Part shown: positions 48,401-59,622 of the stretch, in pieces
How the letters are laid out: each line of letters starts with the position of its first letter
Position numbering within the stretch: position 1 is the stretch's first letter
From: Amoebophrya sp. A120
Taxonomy: Eukaryota; Protista; Dinoflagellata
DNA: 64,000 nt
Assembly (NCBI GenBank): GCA_905178155.1
Contig: CAJINV010000001.1
Span: 8,091,599 to 8,155,598 of the forward strand
Reading direction: 5' to 3'
Program-made: the position numbers and the translations under genes
The notes under the pieces: model-generated
Database searches by the model: none
Told to the model about the DNA's origin: nothing
Seen by the model: the letters and a program-made list of their open reading frames with translations, nothing else

Positions 48401-51400
48401 CCGGAATTTGTGTTGCAAAACGGGGAGGAGCCGGTAAGAGAACAATCCCTCCGCCAAGAGACCGCGCAGGAGTCGCGCGACGACGAAGACCATGACGCGG
48501 GGAGCAGAAGTAGCGACCACGAAATGCACGACGCAGAACCTGCGGGCGCGCTTCTTCAAAGCGGCAACAGTCTACAGTCTCGCTCGGCGTTCGGAGTCGG
48601 AGGGACCGGCTTCGTTCCGGTCCGCGATGACTTCTGCACTGACGACGAGCCCCTCGACAGCATTTTGAAGCGCATCGCCATGCAGGAATCAACGCAACAT
48701 GGCGCGCGGTCTACACCTGCAGCAAATCAGGGGGCCTCAGCCTCATCATCTTCCTCTTCTTCGGCCGCCATAGTTCAGCCGCAGTCAGGCGGCCTCACGC
48801 GCAGATTTGACTACGCCGGAGGAGCCGATGCACACGCCGGCGGCGGCGTCGCGGGCGAGCCCCGTCGAGCAAGACCTGCGCAGCAACCAGCGGCGCGAGT
48901 GCAAATTGACGACACAACTGGCAACAAGCGAAGCATGGCAGATCTCATGGACCAGTTCTTTCGGCCTAGCGAATCCTACGAAAGCATGCCTTTTGAAGAT
49001 ATCCCGGAGGACATCCTGCCCGGTATTAAGCTCCTTGAGCACCAACGCAAAGGGGTGCACTGGATGCGAGCGAAGGAAAACGGGGACGCGGGGGGAGATG
49101 ACGGCGACCAAGCGAAGTGGGTCAAGATTTTGGCTGGACTCAACCACCGCCATCTCGCAGAGCTACCAAGGGGCGGCATTCTCGCGGACGATATGGGGCT
49201 GGGAAAAACTATGACGGTGTTGGCGTTGGTCGCGCTGCAGGATCAGGACAAAGCTGGCCGGCTGACGGTCCTCGTGGTGCCAAAAAGCATGCTATGGACA
49301 TGGCGGAAGGAGGTGGAGGATAAGCTGTGCGCAAAAGCTGGGAAGTTTGAGCTATTCCTCGAGCATGAAAAGGACAAAGCGCCCCGCGACGGACGGAGAT
49401 ACCCGAAGAGCAAAAACAGCGTGCTTCTGACCACTTACGAAACATTCGCCGAGCGCACCGACCTGCAGGAGTTTCTGAATCGTCCAGAGCGCAGACCCCA
49501 TCGCGTGATTGCCGACGAGGCGCACAAGCTCGGGAACCACAAATCGCGACTCTCCACGAAAGTGGGCGCCATTCCCTCGACTTGTGTGTGGGCAGTTAGC
49601 GGCACGCCAATGCTGAACAAGATTCCGGAAATTTTCGGGATTTTCCGCTTTATCAAGCTGAAGCCGCTCCACGAGTACTTGTGGTTCCAGGAGTTGTTGA
49701 CGGGCAAACTCTCTGCGCAGAAGGAACGCGGCAAGGCCGTCGACGCCTTGGCCAAGCTGCTGGGCATGATCATGCTACGACGAAAAAAAGGCCAGGAGGT
49801 CCTACGGAACGGGCGAAAGGAGAAGCTACTGGAGATCGAGCAAGCTGCTGCGGAGGTGCGCGTCCCGATGGATCCTGAACAGGCAGCGGCCTACGCGAAG
49901 CTTTATCGCCTGGCCTGTGACGCTGAAGAACGAGCGGAAGCGGAGAAGCAGACGAAAAAAACGTATCCGTTTTCATTTCTTTTTCTTGCGAAATAGCTGA
50001 ACACGAACAGCAGGTCATCGTTGTCAAGACGTCAATATCGATATCCATATACCGTCGCAATGTGGACTGGATCTAGGTCGTGCGATGGGATGCAACTCTT
50101 AAGAAGTTACCTATTTGCCTTATTTCCACCTTCAAGAAGAATGTCATGCTCGCGGTCACGCTACCATGCAACAGCAAATTATGCTTATGCTACGAGAAAA
50201 ATTTTGAAGCGGCTCACATTTCCCACAGGTCTTCTTCGACGGCAGAAGGGCAGCAGAAGTCGTCGCATCTGGGCAACCCCATGACCATGATTACGCGTCT
50301 ACGCCAACTTTGCCAGAGCCAAGCCATGCTGCCACCGGAACTTCTTGACTACCTGCAGAAGACAAGCGCGGAAAGTATTGATCTGCAACGGGTGGAAGAG
50401 ATCTTCGTGAAGTTCGGGCAACGGGAGAAATTTTGGCTGGAGACCTTCACCGAGCGCGACGAATGCCCAATCTGCTTCGAGGACTTCGACGAAATCCAGG
50501 GCGATCGGTCAGTCACCGTCCGCTGCCCGGTAATGCTCGAATGTGGTCATGTCCTTTGTGTCGACTGCATACACAAGTGGAAACACACCTGCCCCGAGTG
50601 CCGCCAGCCGTTTGATAAAAAGAAGGCAAAAAAACGGCCCGAAGACTACCTCGAGCAGATGAAAGCGTACCAAGAGAAAGAGGAGAAAAGGAAGAAGACA
50701 AAACACGCAGACGCTGCCGTGGACGTGGTTGCCGCGAGCGCCTCGTCCGCTCATGTGCAAGTAGATGCGGATCCGAAAACCCGGACTGTTGCGCAATTGT
50801 TGCGTGCAAAATTTGGCGGTCGCATAAAACTCCGCCTGCCAGCGCATGCGCAAGAGGACCGCTCTGTGACTCATCTGCCGAGCCAAGCACAGGCGCAGCG
50901 ACGCGATGAAGGAATGTTGGCGGAGATGGATAACGCGTTGGTCAATGAGTACGAAGGGAGATGCGGTGCCGCAGACGGGAAAGTCGTGATCTTTTCCGAA
51001 TTTCGCGAACAGCTGCAGTTGCTGCAGACCGCACTTTTTTCCGATGAGCATAGCGAGCTGTACACTGTCCTAGATGGCACAATGACGGTCAAGGAACAGA
51101 GATCAGCGATCGAGGCATTTCAAGAGCAGAACGCGAAGCCGTTGGTGATGTTTGCCACGAAGACGGTCGCGGCATTTGGACTAACCTTGACGGCCGCGGA
51201 TTGCGTTGTGCTCCTTCATCCATTCTGGAACGAGGCGGCCGAGTCGCAGGCCTTGGACCGCGTCCGGCGTCTCGGGTCGCGTTTCGACCGGGTCTGCTCC
51301 TTTAAGCTTATCGCGACAGCCGCCCCGCCTGATACAGACCCCGGCGGGGCGGTGATGTCTCCAAGAAGACAACAGGAAGAAGCGGAAACCACCGTCATCG

Positions 51401-51666
51401 AAGAGTGGCTCTGCGAGTGGCAGGTTGAGAAGAAGAACGCCATTGCGGAAGGTCTGGGCGACAAAAACAAAAAAAAGCAGGAACCCAATGACACCAAGAA
51501 AAAGGCCGCGGACTTCTTCAAGAAGGCACGAGCGCGGCGTGACGCAGCAGCGGCACCTTCGCCGGCGTCCCTGAAAAGACCGTCGTCCACCGATCATGGC
51601 GCCACAGGGGATCTACTGGACGACGGCACTAGGCCCAAAAAACGCAGACGCGTTGCGCAGGAGTAA
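45445..51666 (+). CDS. RAD5/HLTF-like SNF2 helicase with RING finger and probable HIRAN-like segment, 3 exons, ~1872 aa
   Basis: GGILADDMGLGKT, IADEAH, WAVSGTP, MLRRKK, RING CPIC...ECGHVLCVDC...CPECR, KVVIFSEF, GLTLTAADCV...PFWN...QALDRVRRLG. ORFs are joined by the 337-nt introner and the GT-AG intron 49963-50228. Confidence 0.9.
47735..48066. mobile_element. Introner family A, copy 3 (inverted relative to the NOP14 copies)
   Basis: TIR tatgcaacgcaaacgcagtgtctgggtc / ggcccagacatgttagtttgcatgtgcata. Flanks gCAGA and aCAGA. Removing 337 nt gives ELQ|KLSEIEGVRLAG in frame. Confidence 0.88.
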
Positions 51667-52677
51667 ACATCGAGGAAGGTCTTCTTACGGGGAGCTGGCT
51701 AGCAACTCCTGTAGCAGGCTAGAGCGAACCATCTGTCTCGATGAGCACCGTTTTCATCTGTCAACACTTGACCACAAAACAATGCCCCACATAATTCCCA
51801 TGTGATCGGAAAACCACATTATTTCTTCTTTATTTTCATTCCCGACAATGATACCTCGGTCCATTTTTGATAAACTCAAAATCGATTCTCAACATGGTCA
51901 AAGAAACATCGTCCTTGAAGATTCCGTAAAACCATCTAGACGTGAGAAACCGATTCTCGAATAAGGAAATCCTCTGCGATGGGTGTTGTGGTGAAAACCA
52001 TGACAAAAGCTACATTTATTATGTGAAACATGTTTACCGCGTAAAAAGCCTGGTCTAATATGAGAGTGTTCCGGTTGTTGTGCTTCATACCGAGACCGAA
52101 AATTTGATGATGATCCCCGCTCGCTCCTGGATCCGATCAAGTTGCTCTACGTTCATGTTGGACAGTTCCTTTGCAAACCGTGCGTTCGTGCCTGCATCAA
52201 ACAACTCCGCAAAATAAAAGGGTCCGGATAAGAATTTTATGTCATTGCTGCGCTCTAGTCACGCTTGGCAGAATGGATGGAGCGGAAGATCAGTTGTTGT
52301 TGTGAATTCCAAGTCACAAGCTTATCTAGGATGCTAAGGTGGGGCAACTACTCGTCCTCGTCGACGTGGATCTGGCTGACCTCTCGAGTATAGGACGCTG
52401 TCGTCTTGATTTCGTGAGAAGTCCTCCAAGTTGCAGGAGCAGGAGCCGAGTCACATCGTAAACGTGAACCAGGAAATAACATTCATTGCGTATCACCATC
52501 GCTTTGAGGAGTTTGTAAGTAGTTTCTCCATAGCAATTTTGGCTGCTCCAGGAGTTCATCGATGTTTTTCATTTTCGGATTCAAAGACGCACACGCCCTG
52601 CCCACTAACTTAAACTGGCAGTAATTGTAATACTTTTACTTATCTATCAATCTATTTCACCTGCGTCGAGATTTTTG

Positions 52678-55600
52678 ATGCCAACCATGACGGAGCAGGG
52701 CAAGATGCAGGACATTCTTGGGAAAGTGCTGAGTTCTCTATCTCTAGGAGCTCTACGCGATCGTCGAGCAGAGCAACCGGCCTCCGGTTCAACGGAGTTA
52801 GGATTTTTACCGCGGGCGCCTGATGGTGGACAAGCATCATCGTCCGGTGCGGGCGCGACCAGTGGCGTCAACAATACATCTGCGCAGGAGCAGTCCAGCA
52901 AATTTTGCTACGCCGAGCTGGAAATTGTCAACGCGTACCAACACCGTCGTCAGTTTCGCTTAGCTTTTGCAGGTATTGCCTACAACGGAAAGGAAGGTGA
53001 GGAGTTACGCTCGCGGACGGGGTTAACACCAGAAGATGTGGTTTTGCACGAGGATTGGGTTTGTTTCCGCTCCCGCAGTCCGATGCTGCTTCTCCAGATT
53101 TTTGAAGCGGTGATGAAAATGTGTGGTCGGACCGGATTCCGAATTCGGCTGAAGACTCAAAAGATGTGCGTGACGGAGGATAAAGTTGAGCACTTTTTCA
53201 AGGGTACAACTGCCGCGGAGATCCGTAGCGAGATGGTCGGAGAACAGGAAGAGGAGGAGCGCAGGGCTACACGGGGCGCGGAGAATCTTTCGCGACAGGA
53301 GATGGAGAAAATGTGCGAGGGGACCCCTGCCGGTAGCGGCGTAAAATACTCGCTAGCGGACATGGACACGATGGACGACCTCATTGCCATTAACATTCCC
53401 TGGTCCGGAACATACACAGAAAAACTGGAGCGCATGAAGGGTGCGAGAGACCACATGCCGCCCAATGAGCGCCGGTAAGTACTTCCACTTTATTTCGTTC
53501 CTTTCGTCGTTCCTACGCTAAAACCTACTAGATTAATAGAATAGTAAAAGCAAAGGATTCTCTCACTCTTGGTACTCGATGATCGCTATGTAGAGTCGCT
53601 CGTTACTTGACGGTAGTGTTTTGCAATCATTCACTTCCAGTCAAACATGATGAGATGATTATGACGCTGCCGCAACAGGTACATTCGTCTTGCCGCTGGG
53701 TTGCGGAGCCACACACGAAAATCGCTTTGCGACTTGGTGACAATGGAGACTTTGATTTGGTTCAATGAGGAAGAACAGGTGGCGCAATCGGGTTACCTTT
53801 ATGCTGACTGCGCGGTCGTCGATATCGATGCGGAGCCTGCTCACCTTCTGCCGCACTCGGGTCACGGATACATTACCGACACGTTCGTGCGTCATGGCGA
53901 AAAAGCAATGTCTACTGCGCAGAACGTGATAGGAAACTCGCTGAAGCACCCGCCTGGCTATCGGATACACATGGACTGGGACGGCGGCAAGCTCGCGGGC
54001 GTTTTCGATCGCAGAAAGCACGCACTGCAGTTCTACCCACGAAAACGAATCCCGCTGATGGCGCAGATGTCGTATCAGTTGCTGCAAGACCCGCGAATCT
54101 TCATGACGGGGGGACTCAGCATCGAGATCGACGCAGACGGAGTGGTGCAAATGCCTGCGCTGGAGAATGCCAAAGCAACAGAACCCGGCGCCCCGTTTCC
54201 AGAAGATGGGGCCGCAGCAAGCAGGGCGGAAATGCGTGTAGCTTTACGAGCGAAGAGGAAGCCAGCACCAGCAGGGGCTCGCAAACTTCAAGCGGCAGGC
54301 CCTCACCGTCGTCCGGCCCTAACAGCAACAGCAGCAACAGCAGCGACAGCGACGCCAGCGGCAGACTCCGGTCGAGAGGATGGGCCTGCTGGACGCGCAG
54401 AATTCGTTCTTGTGCGGCCGAGTGCTCCAAGCCTGGCCGTCGAGCACATGTGCACAGTTACCCACGCCGGTGGACAACATTCTGACCACGATCAAGAAGC
54501 AGCCGGGAAGCCCGGAAACAGCGCCGCCAGTTCCCGCGTTCTGAACTCGCCGACAATGCAGGAGCAGCGGGTGAGTACATTTTTGAGCCGATCACGAGAA
54601 GCCATGGAGCGGACGGATGTCGATGCCGCCGAGCGAATGCTTGACTTTGGCAGCACATCTCTTTTATCCATTACGCATGGAAAACCACGCAAGCGCCTGT
54701 CTGAAGCGACAAAGCGCTTGGCCAAGTGGCTGGAGGAGCAGCGGAAAAATGACTCGGCTAGTGACAGCAAGCCGGCACCGGCAGACTCAGTAGGTGATGA
54801 GGAAAAACTACGTGAGAAGGATACCGCCACTGCTATTGAGCAGGAGCAGGCGCGCCTCGTTCTAGACTTTGTGGGGCTTTTGGACAACCAACAGGCATCA
54901 GCCGGACAAAGCGACGACAAGAACAAGAAAACAACACGCAAAAGCAAGCTGCCCGCGAAGGACAGAACAAAAACAGCCACTGCCCAGACAACGAAACCTC
55001 CCGCGGTCGAGGCACACCCGCAGAGTGCCTACATCCTACTTCGGAACTGGTTACAAGATGAGCAGAAAAGTATCGCCTTGCGGAACCTGGGGAGAACGGT
55101 CGGGCCGGTCATGTCTGTCGACAATTTCCTCAAGACGCTGGATCGCGTCGCCGCCGGCAAGCGCAATTGGCATCTTCCGCAGCCGGGCGAAAAGCCGGAC
55201 GCTAGCGGCAAGAACTACCACGCGGGTCTCATGCATTTGGCGCTGCTTCTTAACTTGTTTGAGAACGGGCTTTTGTTTGATATCGCGAGCACTCCGAAAG
55301 CCGCACAACCACACTTGGCATGGCCAGAGGCAGTCCGGATGTTTGCTGTTCGCGCCATGACCCAAGGCTCGTGTTCGACTCCCGGTCACCGCGCAAGCCG
55401 ATCTCCGTGACTTCCGGCCTTCCCGTGAGCCCCAGTGCAGACCACGAGCAGTTCGTTCTGTGCTGCTTTCGGGACCAGAGCTTCGAGCACGTTGACGGAA
55501 ATCGGAATCAAGAAAAGAACGCTGACGGCAGCGAGGACGTTGCAGCCGTGGACAGAGCTTTCGCCGCTTTGATGGACCCATACTCTTTACAGGACCTCCG

Positions 55601-57104
55601 CGTCGTGTCCTTGATCGATTGCGACGTACAGAAACGCACTGTCTCCACACCTACCACTGGGCAATCTGAGCGCGTGTTTTGGCTCTCCATGCACGACCAC
55701 AATTCGTGGGATGTCGAGGTGAATCGCGAGGCCTTCCTTCACTACGAGGTCATCGACTGCGCCGAAAACGTAGCCTTCCATCGCCGCGGACAGCGCGCTG
55801 CTGTATTGGCGAAAAACAGACGAGGGTTGCGCGAAGAGGATATTCCTGATTTTGACACACAATGCGTGATGGAATGGCTTCAGCGTGAGGATTCGGAGGT
55901 CCACGGGCCTCGTCTTGGTTTTCTTGCAGGGCTGTCGGAGGCGCAGATCTATCGAAAAAGCGCGGAGTTCGTACAGCGTGCACGACGGGGAGAGAAGATG
56001 TTGCAGGCAGTGGTCGGGTTTGGCGACGCTAACTTCCCGGCTGCGCACGCCTCGAACACCTCGTTATCTCACGAGCTGACACCTTCGGCGTCTCCCGCCC
56101 AACCGGGCCGATTCCATGTACCACTTGCGAGTCTCGGCGCGCGCCTTCGTGGAATCGAGGAGACGACGGCAGCCTTTGACCCGGCTGCTGCTGTGAAGAC
56201 GTGCTTCACACCGGCGCTGAATAAGTTTGAGTGCGTCAACCAGGAAATGATCGAAGCCCTGTTGGACCGCACAGGTGGCACCGACAGCATGGTCTTGCCT
56301 TTTTTGCCAGGCGCGCCGCAGTCGGCCACCGACTACGCATTGGAAGACTTCTTCTGGGAAAAGTATGGCGCACTAGCGAATTGTGATGCTAATGACGCTG
56401 AGGCTCACACTTCCGATGATGAAGAGCTTCCTGGCGTTGCGACCGCACTTCTAACAATGTGCGCGGAAGAAGGCCTCGACGTCGACACCGTTATCGAAGA
56501 AGCGGCCCAGCATGCAACTCTGATCAGCAACGGCTCTGACGAGGTCGACTCGTCCGTTGTGCGTGCGTGTACATGGCTGCACGACCCGGCCATTCGACTG
56601 CAGCAGGAGAAGCGGGCAACTCAGGTTCAGCGAGACTGGTACGAATTTCGCCACGGAAAGCCGAGACCTTCGACCCGGGCACTCAGCAGCGACGCGCCAA
56701 CTGCACGCGCTGGCGAAGATTCTACAGCACCCGCTGGAGCCTCTACGTCAACAGCGCGCTCTTCATCTTCGGTGTATGAACAAGGAACGCTGCCCCTGCC
56801 GCGGAAGACTCCGACTACCTGTCGTCAGAAGATCAGCGACGCGCTTCGCGATATCGGCAAGAAGGTTCTGACGTACAGGAAAACGGTGAAGCATTTGCGG
56901 ACTTTGACGAAGCTCGGTCTGCTCAACTTGGAGTCCGAGCTCGTGCGCAGAAATGTCCGGGGGTCGCACATTACGTACCACGGACCCGGTGGCGCCGCTA
57001 CAATCGTCCGCAACCACCGAGCGACTGCGCCGATGACTTCGAAGCAGTTTGTCGAAAAAGCACAGCAGCTCGGTGAAGTGGGCGGGGAACGTGGTGGAGG
57101 ATAG
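52678..57104 (+). pseudogene. Large hypothetical gene (~1400 aa) with one GT-AG intron (53475-53678), an apparent 1-nt frameshift near 55360 and a C-terminal HicA-like segment
   Basis: The intron joins ORF 52675 to ORF 53701 in frame (NERR|YIRLAAG). ORFs 53701..55410 and 55320..57104 overlap, and one extra G after atg at ~55359 would read RAM-DPRLVFD. The frameshift could be a sequencing error. Confidence 0.55.
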
Positions 57105-57520
57105 TTCGAGGACGCATCATAGTTTCATTTTGACTGGGTGTGGCTGTCGAAGGGAAGTCGAAGAGGGACAAGGAAACAATTTGAAAGCGGAACAAGAAAG
57201 TCGAAAGTGGGGGCATCAAGATAGTCATAATTTATTGCCCACGTAGTATTTTTACTGCAGAAGAGAAGCAATGGCAATCAATGCGGATAGCTGCGTCCAT
57301 TGAATGGCGATGGCATTTGGTGGAGGCTTGTGCTCTGTGCCTCCGAGCCTTACTATGTTCCGCGTAAGAGCTGCATGATCATCAAAAGGAGTCGTCAAGT
57401 TGTAGAATGTGGAGTCGGAGAAAGAACGCCGAGGTGTTTCTGTTTCGATGTCGACATGAAATTTCGACACATGGATCATCCCAATAATCAATGATAACAC
57501 AATCTATCATTCACAGGATT

Positions 57521-59063
57521 AAAGGAATATTCGACCAAGAGGATTTTTTAGGGCCGACTGAAAAGTGGACCAAGAGGATTTTTTAGGGCCTTGAACCTTT
57601 GACGCCATGCCCTGGCACGAACAGAAAGAAAGAAAGAAAGAAAAAGGAATATTCGATCTTTCTTTCTTTCTTTCCATGCCCGGGCATGGCGTCAAATGTT
57701 CAAGGCCCTAAATTTGATTTCAAGAATATTGATTTCGATCTTTGATATACAGGCCCTAAATCCGATATTTGATTTCAAGAATATTGATTTCGATCTGGTT
57801 TTCGATCGATCAATAATTCTTCCTTTTATGACATCGATCTCGATGGATGTGAATACTCTTGTTATTTGGATCGGATTGAATTATTTTCTGTTTTATTTAT
57901 TTTGTTTTATTTATTTTGTTTCCAGGTTTTTTTTTGGTCAATGAATCTTCATCAATTTTTTGAGGTATATGATTTGTGAATGAAAAAATCATCGAGATTG
58001 TGGAAATTTCTTTCTTTTTTCTTTCTTTCTTTTTCATTATTCCTCATCAAAAAATATTTCATTGATCAGGAAAAAATTAAGAAGATATGTATTTTTCGTG
58101 ATATTTTCCATTGTAAATAATTTGGATTCTAGAAAAAATCTCAAAATGAATATTGAGAAGTTGGAGAATCCAGATTCTGGATTGATGTCGGAATGCAAAT
58201 ATTTTTGAAAATATCGGACACAGAAATATATTTGTTGAAAATAGGGAATTCTGGATATTTCTTGAAAGGGAAAAATTTGAAAAAAGAATTTATGAATTTT
58301 CTTGGCAATGAATTAACAATCTGAATGCAATTTTTTAGGAATTTATGGAAATTTATTTTCGCAGATTCGAGGTCAGACCATCAGACCATTATTCACTAAA
58401 TTTTCTCACTAAATTTCTTTCCCCTCTTTTTTGTACATTTTTTCAATCATTAATAACAGAAAACACAAACATATAATCCATTACAGAAAACATATCGACC
58501 AAATTTTTTTCCAAAAAAATACATGTTCATATCATCTTTGAAAATCCCATGAGATTTTTAGAAAATGTATCACATTTTTGCAATTTTCCTAATTTTCGAA
58601 TCATCCGACAATCCGGGGTTCCAAAGGATGGATGGAATGAAGGATCTTCTTTGATAGAGAATTCATTTTCCCGATCATTCCAAACATACCACATATGCAC
58701 CCACCTTCTCAAAATTAAAAATAAGAAAAAAAAAAAAAAAACATCTAACCCTAATCCAAAATCCATTCATCAAAAAAATTTTCCATATCTTTTGCATTTC
58801 TTTTCATTTTAGATTTTCAAAATTTTTCTCATAATGATCGAATGAAAGAATTTTACCGAGAGATCATCGGATGAGAAGAAGAATCAACATAGGCATTACC
58901 ATATCAGAGATTTGAACTATTTATCCGAATTTTTTTGAGAAGTCCATCGATGATAAAAATGATTGGCATGGATGAATGATTTCGTCTGATGATCATGAAA
59001 TAGAAATGGGTCTTGAACATTTGACGCTATGCCCGGGCATGGAAAGAAAGAAAGAAATGGGTC
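57521..59063. repeat. AT-rich strand-switch region with three copies of a ttgaacatttgacgccatgcccgggcatg(gaaa)n module
   Basis: Copies at ~57591-57642 (+), 57659-57708 (-) and 59013-59052 (+). The interior 57710-59000 is strongly AT-rich with no credible ORF. Confidence 0.85.
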
Positions 59064-59622
59064 ACATTGTCAGGTTCGACATATTGCAGTCGAATATTCA
59101 ATATTCGAGAGTATTTGATCCGAAATTATTTCGGATGAACCCTGCTCAATCTCGGGTTATTGCCATTGTATTTCGTTCGTGCCATATCTTTGTGGTTTCA
59201 CCGAGTGGCAAAGTTGTACATGTGTATTATTTTCTGACGTCAACATTCATTGGGTCTCATGAAGGTCATTTTGATTTTCTGAAATGTTTGCTCCTTTAGG
59301 ATCCATAACATTTCCGTAAACAATGATCATGTTTGTGGTGCCAGTGTTGCATTACCAACACGATGAAATATGATGGCTTATTGTCCCCTGCCTCTCGTCG
59401 TCCTCGCACCTGCAGGTGGAGGCACAACTGTGCGCTCGCCACCCTCGATCATATGGAATCTAAAAATCTGTATTCTCTAGAAACAAAAAAGTTGAAGATT
59501 ATCAAAAAGTTAAAGTTGTTTGGAAGTTGAAGTTAGAGTGAAAAAAATAGATCCTCTCAGCTCGTTTATTTCGTTAGATTTGGTAAAGTGTATTTGGATT
59601 CTTCTTGATCCTTTGTTTGGTG

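Noticed and set aside
57696-59299. Short ORFs in the AT-rich island
   Set aside because: Phe/Ile/Lys low-complexity translations with no recognisable motif.
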